Source of the DNA: Octopus sinensis | Taxonomy: Eukaryota | DNA: 52,631 nt | Reading direction: 5' to 3' | Assembly (NCBI RefSeq): GCF_006345805.1 | Contig: NW_021833967.1 | Coordinates: 1 to 52,631, forward strand | Part shown: piece by piece, positions 37,910 to 49,760 of the stretch | Numbering within the stretch: position 1 is the first letter of the stretch | How the letters are laid out: every line of letters starts with the position of its first letter | Made by a program: the position numbers and the translations under genes | Notes under the pieces: generated by a model | What the model saw: only the letters and a program-made list of their open reading frames with translations | The model's database searches: none | What the model was told of the DNA's origin: nothing

Positions 37910-38256
37910 TATGCAATAAAAAGTGTTATGCAACTCGAAAAATATTGTTGGCATAAATATAGTTTTGATGTAAATATGCTAGAAAGTTTAATTACTTAAT
38001 ATACATTCAAAATACGCTATTTTGACATGAACAAATCAATTAAATACATTAAATGACATAATAAAGTTTGAAAATTTTATTTTTACTTTATGAAGGATAA
38101 CACCTTTGTCATCATCGGCCCGAATTATGCGATTGAGATAAACCTGAGTAGCTGAATGTACTTTTTATACGATTTGTCCAAAAACCTTCAATGTGAGCAC
38201 AAAATTTTAACAAGTGCGCTTATTTGTGTAATTAAAGAAATTACAAAACAACTCAA

Positions 38257-40536
38257 TCTTAATAATAAAATGGTATGTGTGTGTCTGTGTCTGTCTGTGT
38301 CTGTCTGTCTGTCTGTGCACACCCACATTCAAATTGTTACAACCAGATCAAATTGTCAAAACCTTCCCTTTTGTAGTTATTCGATAATGAGGCACAATAA
38401 AAGGTTGATATCCTCTAAGAACCTTCCTGTCAAAAAATTTTAATAAGAAAGAATCCTCGACGATGAGGTCCCCCAAAACCTTCAAGTCAAAAATTAAAAA
38501 CAAATTATTTTCTGCGTTTTTGTTAAAATGAACAATAAGAAAGTCCTCGACTCACATGGTGTGGTCCCCCAAAACCTTCGAGCTCTTAATAATAAAATGG
38601 TATGGTGTGTGTCTGTCTGTGTGTCTGTCTGTCTGTCTGTGCACACCACATTCAAATTGTTACAAACCAGATCAAATTGTCAAAACCTTCCCTTTTGTAG
38701 TTATTCGATAATGAGGCACAATAAAAGGTTGATATCCTCAAGAACCTTCCTGTCAAAAAATTTTAATAAGAAAGAATATCCTCGATGATGAGGTCCCCCA
38801 AAACCTTCAAGTCAAAAATTAAAAACAAATTATTTTCTGCGTTTTTGTTAAAATGAACAATAAGAAAGTCCTCGACTCACATGGTGTGGTCCCCCAAAAC
38901 CTTCGAGCTCTTAATAAATAATGGTATGGTGTGTGTCTGTCTGTGTGTCTGTCTGTCTGTCTGTGCACACCCACATTCAAATTGTTACAAACCAGATCAA
39001 ATTGTCAAAACCTTCCCTTTTGTAGTTATTCGATAATGAGGCACAATAAAAGGTTGATATCCTCAAGAACCTTCCTGTCAAAAAATTTTAATAAGAAAGA
39101 ATATCCTCGATGATGAGGTCCCCCAAAACCTTCAAGTCAAAAATTAAAAACAAATTATTTTCTGCGTTTTTGTTAAAATGAACAATAAGAAAGTCCTCGA
39201 CTCACATGGTGTGGTCCCCCAAAACCTTCGAGCCAAAAAATTAAACAAATTTCTGTTTTTGCGTAACTTTAAATTTATTTGGGTATGCCTGTTTTATTAT
39301 CTATCTTATCGTTCTTAAATCTGTTAAATAACTACTCGGTGTGTTATGTGACTGTTGATTCTAATTTAATTTGTTTTTTAAGCTCAAAAATCAAAAATAC
39401 TCCCCCCATCCCCCCTACAAAAATAGAAGAAAATACAAATCAAAAAAATGATGAAAATTAAAAAAAATTGTAGCGACCATTTATTTGGGGGAGCAATAGT
39501 TGTATTGGCAGGTGATTTTAGACAGACGCTGCCAATTATTCAAAGAGGGACGCCTGCGGATGAATTGAATGCCTGCCTCAAATCGTCATATTTGTGGACA
39601 CACGTGAAAAAGGTAAGCTTAGATGTAAATGTACGTGCACATTACAAGGCGTTAATAGCATATTCCCACAAATCCTTCTAGATATTGGAAATGGGGCAAT
39701 CACTTCAGAAATGCAAGACCAGAAAATTAGGCTACCGGAAGAATTATGTATTTTCGTAGAAACAGCAGAAGAATTATTGAATGCCGTCTATTCCGAACTA
39801 TCTGAACACTACGTGAATTTCGACTGGCTGCGTGAACGAGCTATATTAGCTCCACTTAATGATGAGGTACTTAATATAAATTTAGATTTATTAATGAAAA
39901 TCCCTGGCAGAGAAAGAATATATAAATCGGTCGACGTTATTATGGACCATGAAAGGGCCTGCGAATATCCTGTAGAATTTTTAAATTCCTTAGATCCATC
40001 TGGAATGCCGAATCATCTATTGAAATTAAAAATAGGTGTACCGGTTGTGTTACTCCGCAATCTTGCGCCACCTAAATTATGCAATGGTACAAGGTTGGTT
40101 ATCAAGAATTTGATGGCTAACGTAATAGAAGCGACAATATTAACAGGTAATTACAGAGGTGAGGATGTTTATATCCACGAATACCTCTGATTTCGGAAGA
40201 ATTACCTTTTAGATTAAGAGACTACAATTTCCGCTGAAGATAAGTTTTGCTATGACAATAAACAAGGCCCAGGGACAGTCTTTAAAGGTAGTAGGCTTAT
40301 TTTTAGAGAACGAGTGCTTTTCACATGGCCAGCTGTATGTGGGGTGCTCAAGGGTAGGTAGAAGAGAAAATTTATTTATATTTGCCAAGGATGGACGGAC
40401 TGCAAACATCGTTTATCCACAGGCCTTAGAAAATAAGGTTATATCAAAGCAGGTCGCATTTATATATCTACATAAATTTATACTTATTTAAGGAAACTGC
40501 GAGCGTAGCGAGCAGGGCCTCCGCAGGAGCTACTAG
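38257..40536 (+). mobile_element. Helitron copy 2 (deletion derivative)
   Basis: A|TC at 38257; three 5' modules (38257, 38584, 38909); lacks about 35470-36280 and 36480-36810 of copy 1 (including Walker A/B); ends hairpin-CTACTAG|T. Confidence 0.92.
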
Positions 40537-40550
40537 TAAATTATAAAATA

Positions 40551-41325
40551 TCACTCGTATGAGTTCAAATAAGTAACAAATCTTCTGACGGATTTACGCT
40601 TCCCCCAATTCTTCACATTTTTCTCTGGGAGAAGAACTGGCTCGCTATTTCTACACAGCTGACCTTTCAGATACGCAAGTCCTGCATTAACAAATCCAAA
40701 CAAATTCTACAATTTCTCACAAAAAATAACCTTTCTCTCCTCCAAAACAGATTGGACATTTTGAATCAGACTGTAAACAAGACTCTGTGCAGAGACATCG
40801 ACAGTCATCCTCAAATGATGCACCCGCAACAAAAAGAATATACAGGAACACTCAAATTCGACTCTGAGTGACCTCTCCTTGATACTCCCCAACAAAACAG
40901 TCATCAACTCAATAGCGTAAGAATAAGGGAGTAGAACGAGGCACCGATCTAACTCTGACGGCCTCACTGTGAGAGAGGACCGTCATCAAATACTCCTCCG
41001 CTGTTTCAACGCCATATTGACATCATCCACTCACTCAGACGGTAATCCTCCAATCCTCGTCTCCCAACCTCAACACGATATCGCTCAATTGCGTCATTCA
41101 ACTTCTCGCTCTCATCCAACGTAGAACACGTCATTTTCCCCGCGATTTCAACATCTCCAGGTACATTCCAGGCACAACTCGGTCGTCGTCCTCATAATCT
41201 ATTTTCCCCAATTCATCTTGTTCGTCTTCCTTGGAATGTGAATATCATGTGTTCGACTCCACAACGGAGAGAACTGTCTGAGGATGCAGTGAAGACATAT
41301 CCCCCACAATTGCTCACAGAAAAGC
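40551..41325 (-). pseudogene. WDR3: WDR3/UTP12 C-terminal fragment, broken within the last WD40 repeat
   Basis: VSNCGGYVFTASSDSSLR, VPG..GKMT, SELDRCLVLLPYSYA, CIFFLLRVH, GFVNAGLAYLK. Several single-base frameshifts; no upstream WD40 exons in the window. Confidence 0.75.
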
Positions 41326-41689
41326 AATTGCTCACAATTGCTCACAATTGCATTTTTTCATTCATCTCACATTAAGAAAAACCACGCAATAACACTCCAG
41401 GTGCAGCACGAAAATATAAAATTCCGACGATTCAAATCGTTTTAATTTAAATCGTCTGGAGGTCTTCCGAAAATTTCTTTTCGATTGAGTTTAAAAGGAA
41501 AAACCAAAAAAGAGAGAGAAAGTTAATGAGACAAAGTATGCCTCTTCTGCGTTGTTTCCCTCTTTTTTTATGTTTAATTCCAAATTCGAGAAGACAAGGC
41601 TCTCAAGAACACTTCCGATTCAAGGAGAAAGAAATGCACTCAAATTCTCAGAAGCATAATTCACTTCCACCTTTGTCCGGGAACATTTT

Positions 41690-41807
41690 TATATGTTCAT
41701 TGCTTACATACGGGTTCGAGGGATGGTACCCTACTGCTGAGAGGAATGGCATTATCGCTAAGCTCGAAAATACGAGACGAATTGCCATCAAATTGGCACG
41801 TGCATAG
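41690..41807 (+). mobile_element. Small LINE 3' remnant related to 27980-29420
   Basis: LLTYGFEGW...TRRIAIKLA is similar to VLMYGLEGW...TRRLALKVA. Confidence 0.5.
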
Positions 41808-41873
41808 GATTATAATTTTACTAGAAATTCATAATTGTGTTTTTTACAATAAAAACTAATTTAAACAAAAATT

Positions 41874-42540
41874 TTAATGAGAGCTATGGAACTGTGATTT
41901 TTGATAACTTCATCATATTTGGTTTTAAATTACTGCATCCTATCATGAGAATTGATTTTAAGTGTCCGTCAGTCAATCTTGCACCATGGGGAGACTTAAC
42001 ATATTTCATCCTCGAAAACGTTTGCTCACTTTGTTATGTTGTGCCAAATATAGAAATCATCTTCATCGCAAAATTCTTTAGTCTCGGAAACTCATCATCC
42101 TCGAGATATTTGTAGAACTCAGTGAGTTTGGTCCTTCTGTGACAATCTTTGAGCTGTTCTTTTGATTTCTAATTGTAATTCATGTTGAACATTCTCAACA
42201 TTAAAAGAAAATGAATTTTTGAACAAAATTATATCGCTGTCAATTTTGTCAAGTTCAGAAAATTTATGTAAAAAAAATTTTTTATAGGGCCTTGTTGAAT
42301 TTGTAAAGTGCGCTTCAGTGATTCAAATTTATCCTCACGTAGCTTTCCAGTGTACTTGGAATATATCGGAGCATGATTTGTTTCATAATGACGTCAAATG
42401 TTATACTCCTTCATAACAGAAATATGTTCGTGGCATATTAAACAATAAGCTTTCTGCTTTAATTCATCTTTCGTAAAAAAATATTTCATTTTCCATAATT
42501 TATTGAATACACGACATTCGCGGTCAACCTTTCTTTGCAT
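41874..42540 (-). mobile_element. GTF2IRD2-type hAT transposase, internally deleted
   Basis: MQRKVDRECRVF..W..YFF...CLIC....KEYNI*RHYETNH (BED finger) fused to EFYKYL..DEFPRLK...FGTT..SEQTFSRMK...RLTDGHL...SH*. Confidence 0.8.
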
Positions 42541-42635
42541 GTAAAACTCAGCGAGTTTGGTTCATGTAGAACGGACCAAACTCAAACTCGCTGAGTTCTA
42601 CAAATATTTCGAGGATGAGCAACCTTTCTTTTCAT

Positions 42636-45600
42636 TATTATTATTATAGCACTTTCACGAAAGCCATAATGTTTATAGCCCCGCATGTGCAACACTCAAT
42701 GTAACGATATTTAAGGTTAGTTTTTCCATTTTCCTCTGTCGTGTGCGAGTGATCTCAATTCGTCCAGATCGTCCCCCCGTCTTTAGGTTTTTCCTCACTC
42801 GAGTTAGGTCTTTGTTTAAGGCAGTTGGAAGTGTCGATCTAGGTCGTCCGCGGAAGGGTATGTCGCATCTGTCGAAGTAGTCTTCCATCGCTTTGTTAGC
42901 GGGTGCGTCCGGGTTCATTCTTAGTACATGCCCGAATAGCCTCCACCGGGCATCTACCACATCCTCGCTGATGCAGGAGCACATACACTTGTTGTAGATA
43001 CCATTGGTTGATATTCGACGTGGCCACTCCATTCCGAGTAAGCTTCTTAGTTGCCTTCTATGGAATGAGTCCAGTTTCCGTAGATCGTTGAAGGAACATC
43101 CCCATGTCCCAGCGTTGTACAGCAAGATCGGTTTCACAAACGCGTTGTAGAGCCTGCATCTGATGCCAACTCCAAGTCCTTTGGCTCTTAGCCATCCTTT
43201 TTTCAGTTTCGCCATTGCCGAATTCGCCAGTGTTTTCCTCCTTAGTACATCTTCAGCGTCTCCCAGTAGGGATCCAAGCTTATTAGTGTGTCTCCATCTT
43301 TTATGGGTAGTATCATCTTCTCTTTTGATTTCCGTAATCTCAGTTTTGTTCACATTTACGCTGAGGACCCATTTCCCAAGTTCCATAGGTGCATTTTCTA
43401 GTAGATGTTGGAGTGCGGTCACGTCCCGTGATACGAAATCCACATCATTGGCATAAGATGCCTCTTCTATGTCTCCCGTATAGCATTTACGGAGGTCGCG
43501 GAGTGCAGATTCAAGATAGATGGTGAATAGTAGGGGGAGAGGGAGTCACCCTGGGGTGTCCCAGTCGTTGTTTTGAAACTACGGGAAGTTGCTCCTTCTG
43601 TCCTCACAGATAGTCTTGTGTTCGCAAGTAGTAGTCTGATTATCCTAACCGATGATTCATCCAGTATTTGCTCAAGCACATTCATCAGTTTCTGTCTGTT
43701 TATTGAGTCGAAGGCTCTGGAGAGATCTATTCCAGCACGGTCGTTGTGCTCTTGAATCTTTGGTGCGTTGCGCAGCGCAATCTGTGGCTCCATAGAATGT
43801 CTGCCGTAGACCTCCCATCTCGGAACCCACTTTGACTCGGTGATAGGTATTGATCCGCCACACCCTTATCCGCCTTAGTGCGACATTTGCCAGCACTTGC
43901 GTATCGAATTCAGGAGTATTATCGGGCGGAGATTTTCTACTGGTCCTTTTGGTTTGTTCGGTTTTTGTGTGGGTATTAGTAATCCATTTCCAAGTCCCAG
44001 ATCGGTATTAGTTTCGAAAATTTCATTTAGGGTTTTTGCAATTGTGTCGCTGAGTTTTTTTGGCCCATATTTTAGGAGCTCGGGGCTTATGTTGTCCGGC
44101 CCAGCACTCTTGTTGTTCCTCAGTTTATTTATTGCTAGTTCCACCTCTTCCGCTGTGATTGGGATTTTAACGCTTTTGCATCTCCCTGGAAACAAGGAAA
44201 GTCCGTGTTTTCTTTATTCAGCAAGGTTTCGAAGTGTCGTGCGATCAGCTCTGCTTTTTCTTTCGGATTACCCACGAATTTTCCATCTTTGTCTTTAATG
44301 TGGAAGATGTTTTGTCCTTTCTTAGTAGTCCGCAGTAGTCGTAGGGCCGCATACATTCTTGAATTGTCTTTTAGGCATTCCACATCTTTTAGTAGGGATG
44401 TAATGATTTCTCGTGAGTATTTTCGGTTCATCTTTTGGATTTTGCACTTTAGTTCCCTTTGTTGGATGTTAAGCTCCTTTTTCTTAATCTCGTCTGACGT
44501 GTTTGGGGCTTTTAGCCGTACCTCTCTGCGATGCTTTGCCATATCTGGCACGTTCGGGTGGTGATCCAGTTTTAGGGCACAATGATTTCGGACTCCAAGG
44601 CATATACTGGCCGCCTTGGAAATTGCCCGCTTTGTTTGGTCCCACCGGGTTCGTAATGATAGTTCTGGAGTGGTTTTCTCCATAAGAATCTCAATTTGCT
44701 TGTGATAATTGTCTTTACAAGTGAGCTCCAGCCACAATTTCTCTGTCTGGAAGTGTATATTTGGCCTTTGTCTCCCCTTCTTCGCGTTTTCAGTGTATTT
44801 TTCCCCAGTCAGATGCTTCTTTACGCAGAGTTTTTCGGTGACCATCCTGTGGTCGCTGTCTGTTGTTGTCCACTTGTAGGAACGTGCATCGGTTAGCAGG
44901 TGTTTATCGGACTTGCGGCAAATAATGTAGTCGATTTGGTTATATATGTTTACGGTCTCCCCGACCGAGTTTTTCCTTTGTCCGTGCCAGGTCGTCTTGT
45001 GGCGTGCTGAGTGCGTAAGGCCGTGTTGCACAGGAAGAGGCTATTTGCCTCACAGAAATTCACCAGAGAGGCTCCAGCTGCATTTCTCCTTCCGCGCCCG
45101 TGTCTTCCGATAGAGGATTCTTCGGGCCCCTTTCGCTTTCCAGCCTTTGCATTCAAATCTCCCGCAACAAAGACAAGGGACGAAGAGGCATTGTTAGAGT
45201 ATGTGCTTGATAGTTCTGAGTAGAATTCCTCGAGCTCACCAGGGTTCTTGGCTACTCGTCCACAGTGTGGTGCGTAGACGTTTATGACAGTTAATAGGCT
45301 CTTGGACGGGCATAGTTCATTCAGTTTGACTTGTAGAACACATATTCGGTCGTTGACTTGCCAATAGCGATGTATTTTTTGGAGTAATCCACGTGCAGGG
45401 CAAATCCCATGCCGTGGTGCTTGAATTCGGCTGGGAAGAGAATCAGTCGGTAATTGTTCCATGTCTCATCGCGTCCATTTACGATTTTCGTTTCTTGTAG
45501 GCAGTCGATAGCTATTTTGTATTTCTCATCGTCACAAAGTACTTTCCTTGTCCAGTCTTTCGATATCCCACGTACGTTGAACGTCATTAGCCTGAGTTCT

Positions 45601-45669
45601 CGGTTGTATAATGAGTGTTTTTCAGACATTTTTCTATACAGAGGGCCGTCACCACCTCAACCAAAAGAG
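42636..45669 (-). mobile_element. Full-length RTE-clade LINE (APE + RT)
   Basis: 11-bp TSD TTTCTTTTCAT at 42625-42635 and 45670-45680; (TAA)n tail; 40-nt 5'UTR; APE motifs TFNVRG, LQET, VYAP, GDLNA, QIDYI, DSDH; RT motifs DLSRAFD, PQGDSLSP, YANDVD. Confidence 0.92.
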
Positions 45670-46159
45670 TTTCTTTTCATATTAGCAACAAACAAGAATT
45701 TGATGAGTTTTTTTGTCAAATAGATAAGTTTATTATTAAGATAAGTAAGCAATTGGGTGGCTAAGGGAATTGTCGAGGGCCTGAGGGTCAGCTTAAATTT
45801 TGCAAAATAGTTTAATTTTTTAATTAAAGTTTTTATTTGAGTTAATTATTAAGTTATTAATTGAATATCTCTAAATAGTGCACGGGCCGGATAAAATGTT
45901 GTCGCTGCTGTTGAAATCTGTTCCTCGATAGTTCCCTCAGGTGCTCAAGATTGTCTGCTGATTTCAACCCTTTTCCAATCAAAGTTAGGTCTTGATGTAG
46001 GAGGGTTTCTAAAGTAATTCTCTGGTCTTCCTCGTAAGGTCGTTCCCGAATGAGGAGCGTAGTGGTGTTTCATTGCGAGATTTGCGGGAGTTTTCCTGTC
46101 CATTCTCAGGATGTGACCGAAAAGCTCAATCTATTATTTCTTATTTTTTCGTCCAACGG

Positions 46160-46715
46160 ATATATTATTTTTTATACGGACTTGTTAATTTATAAAAGTA
46201 AAAAAATAGCTAAGCTAATTAATAGCCTCACGAGACACCCGGCCAGCCTCGCGAATGGCGAAGCATTCCCTCGTATCACAGCAATCGACAGACGTTTCAG
46301 GAGCCAAGAATACTCTCTTGGATCGTGGCTTGTCCTTGAAATCCATCGACCGAGCGAGCGAAGGAAGCGGAATGTCTTGGGGCCGAAGATCCCGAAGAAC
46401 TCCACGGCAATTGGAGTAAAGAGCAGCGAGTTAGAGAGGTGGCCGTACTTGAGAATCTTTCGGTCCTCGGCCTGCCTTGAAGCGTGCCCAGGATTTGCGG
46501 CAGACAGAGCGAGATTTCCCAGCGAGAACGTGTCCGAACAAGTAGAATCCCAAATAAGGGATTTCCCCTGCTCGTATGGGAAGGTGGACATGCCGTCTGG
46601 GCGTTTGCCATCCTCTCTATCCAGTCCAACAGGTTCGAGGATTGACGGGACGCCAGCTGAAGCGAGGGCTCTTTGTATGATTGAGTTGAGTAGAGATGTT
46701 TGTTTGATATGCGTT
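46160..46715 (-). mobile_element. CRE-like retrotransposon 3' fragment
   Basis: LNSIIQRAL, LEPVGLDREDGKRPDG, LIWDSTC, AEDRKILKY, KRLSIAVIRGN. Confidence 0.88.
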
Positions 46716-47300
46716 TTGGCCAAAAGATTCTTAGAATGTATTTCAGCTGCATTCTATGAAAGGAATTCAGATTTTCCATTTCGTGCACTATGAGTACCCA
46801 AGAGGAGAAATTGGTTTTACGAACATATTGTATAGTTTGATTTTTAAAGACGCAGAAATTTGTTTACCTCTCAACCATACGTTGTTTAATCTTTTAAGCG
46901 TGAAAGTTGTTAATGATTTTCTTCGTATCATGTCTTCTAAGAGAGTGTTAAGTTTTTTTGTATGCCTCCATTTTTCCTAATTTCGTTGTTCACATCGCCT
47001 CACTATGATGTATTCTGTTTTCTCAGTGTTAATTTTTAGGAATAATTTTTTAAATGTGTTGGCCAATTTGTCCACAATATCTTCTAATTAGTGGTCTGTT
47101 GCCGTGAAATCTATGTCATCTGCAAAGATGACTTCTGTAATATGTCTGGGGATATTATTTCTGGCATTTCGTAGGGTCGCCTTCAGATATACGATGAATA
47201 AGACCGGGGATAGAGCGTCTCCTTGGGCGTGCCCTTGTTTTTTCGAATACTCTGGATTTCTGATTTCCGAGCTGAATAAATAGTTAAGTGGAGGAGAGTA

Positions 47301-48766
47301 CAGTGGGCGCAAAAAAAATCCGGTTTTCTTATTTTTCGAATTTTTCAATATAAATTTTATATTATTTTTTTTTAATTTAGTATCATTTTGAAATGTAAAT
47401 CGAGTATGTTTTTAATTTTAAGTATTTTTTTATTTTTCATAGAGATATCTTGAATTTAATTTTAAAATGCGCAAAAAAAACTCGGTTTTTTTAATTATTG
47501 AGTCTTTTATTCTCAAAAATTTGAAATTGTTGTCATTTTTGTTGTTGTTGGATGTCGTGTATTTCAGAAATTGTGAAAGGACAAATTATTCAACTTTATT
47601 TCCTTAATTGGACATATAAACAAATTTCAGAAGAAGTAGAAATTCCCAGATCAACAGTGGGAGATTACATACGTAAATACAAAAAATATGGAACAACACA
47701 GAGACTGTCCAGTTCTGGAAGACCTAGGACATTAAATAATGATGATATAAATACTTTATTGACGCTTGTTTCTGACAATCCGAAAAAATCTTCCGTTGCC
47801 TGTCAAAGGATCTTCATTCTTTGACAGGAAAAATCGTCTCAAAACGAACAATTGGGAATTATCTGAAACAAAAGGAAATATATTCACGTGTGTGTCAAAA
47901 AAAACCGTATCTGTCTAAAATTAATATCGAAAAACGATATTCCTTGTCAAAAAAATTTATCGCACTGAATATGACGTCATGGAAATCAACTATTTTTAGT
48001 GATGAATGCTGTTTCGAAATTTTTAATCACAAAAAAAGGAATTTTGTTATAGGAAAAACAACACACGTCTAGAAAAATCGCACTTATCTCCAACTGTTAA
48101 ATTTGGAGGGGGAAAAATAATGGTGTGGGGATGTTTCGGGTATTATGGAGTAGGCAATCTAGTATTTATAAATGGAACTATGAACTCAGCAACTTATGTG
48201 AACATATTATCAAATAATCTGTGGGAGTCCGCTGCGAAAATGTGCTTGAATGAATTCATATTCCAACAAGACATGGCTCCTCCACACACATCAAAGATCA
48301 CGAAAGATTTCTTTGCCGAAAGAAGCGTCAAACTATTGGATTGGGCACCGCAATCGCCAGATTTAAATACAATAGAACATCTTTGGGCATATATTAAAAG
48401 TAAATTGTACGAAAATCCTCCAAAAAATATGCATGAGCTGAAAGATAAAATTATCGAAATTTGGGAAAATATGCCGAAAGATCTAATACAGAAACTCATA
48501 AACAGCATGCCGAGAAGGGTGTACGATGTTTTTATGGCTAAAGGACGGCATATTAAATATTAATTTGACATTTTTTTAAAAAACCGGGTTTTTTTTGCGC
48601 ATTGTAAATTTAAATTGGAAATATCTCTTGAAAAAAATAATGAAAATAATCAAAATAAAAAAATAAGAGTTACTTTTCACTAAAATTTAAGATTAAAAAA
48701 AATATTATATCGCACAATATAAAAAAATAGAGAAATTAGAAAACCGGATTTTTTTTGCGCCCACTG
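47301..48766 (+). mobile_element. Tc1 DD34E transposon with IR/DR termini, near intact
   Basis: TA-flanked TIRs CAGTGGGCGCAAAAAAAATCCGGTTTTCT; inner repeats near 47469 and 48578; transposase 47552-48563 (SDECCF, QQDMAPPH, SPDLNTIE) with two single-base losses. Confidence 0.95.
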
Positions 48767-49420
48767 TAGATAACGAATTATTCTGATGCAATCTTCCTCG
48801 AGTAGTGGCGTTAATATTTGTATCATCTTAACTCTACTGATTGTGTTAAATGCTTTAGATAGGTCGATTCCCATTATGTGGTACTTCTCTATATTTTTTG
48901 GCACAAAGCACACATCCATTTGTGGCTCCAAAAAGCACCGGAAGTTGATCTTCTAGAGACAAACCCACTTTGGCTAGGTCCGCTAAATCCACGTAATAAG
49001 CTTTTATTCTCTCCAGAACAATTAGTGATAAAATTTTACGCAGTGAGTTGAGTAGTATGATTTGTCTTAAGCTGTTTACCTTTCCTTTTTCCTTCCCCGC
49101 TTTATGTAAGGGGATTAACTTTCCGATTCCGATGTTAATTCTGGAGTGTTCTTCAAAAGTTTTTTTTCAAAATGTAAGTAATGAGTTTTTGAAGCTCTTC
49201 AGGTACATATTTTATGAGCTCTGCATTAACATTATCTGGACCTAAGTTGTTTAGTCTGGTCACAGACCCACGTAACTTGGCTCACTTTTTATAGAACAGA
49301 ATTAGCATATGTAATGCTTAAATGTTTTTTACAAACGTAAGGATTGCGTAATCAACGTTTTTACGATTTTTTATTATATAAACATTACATTTTACTATTT
49401 TGGCATTACACTTAATCACA

Positions 49421-49760
49421 ATGTCATATAATCTATGGAATGGTACTTTATTATTTTCATTATCTCAGCAGACCTACCGATACCCCATGATGACTCCACG
49501 GAAGAAACAGAAAACAAAAAACCTACCGAACCAAAAACTGTTAGGACCGATGTTGTGTTAGTATTGAACATCCACAGCCTCCCTCGCCAAAATTTCCCCA
49601 AATGACTAATGAAGTTAAGTCTACCGAAACATTCAATGACTCTTGGAATTGGAACTCGCATAAAGAAAAATATGGGCTGAATAATAGGATCGGAAAAAGC
49701 CTGTTCGATGATATGAAATCGTGCATGTTCAGTTGGAGTGAAACGTGGGACAATAAATAG
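49421..49760 (+). CDS. Orphan 95-aa protein with two 26-nt introns
   Basis: Exons 49421-49442, 49469-49551 and 49578-49760 join in frame to MSYNLWNADLPIPHDD...DSWNWNSHKEKYGL...FDDMKSCMFSWSETWDNK*. Both introns are GT-AG and of the local modal size. Confidence 0.65.

Larger units (their letters stand above)
45860..49260 (-). mobile_element. Second RTE-subfamily copy interrupted by CRE and Tc1
   Basis: GIDLSKAF, QGDALSP, FADD, NSFHRMQL and LFGHILRM..PANLAM..RGRP are collinear once 46160-46715 and 47301-48766 are removed. Confidence 0.8.

Noticed and set aside
37910-38256. MULE/SWIM or Cys-rich remnant between the Helitrons
   Set aside because: Only weak Cys/His spacing (YCICNKKC across the empty site; QCEH) without enough context to assign.
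34792-39235. Regular repeats as a CRISPR array
   Set aside because: Units are over 300 bp, near-identical and lack unique spacers; the context is eukaryotic and they are Helitron 5' ends.
12540-46715. Shared target site for the CRE-like copies (SL RNA or telomere repeat)
   Set aside because: The four 3' flanks show no common motif, and no SL-like or telomeric arrays are visible.
47800-48120. Programmed ribosomal frameshifting in Tc1 or RTE
   Set aside because: Single-base losses occur throughout the window, including in housekeeping genes, so sequencing error or decay is simpler.
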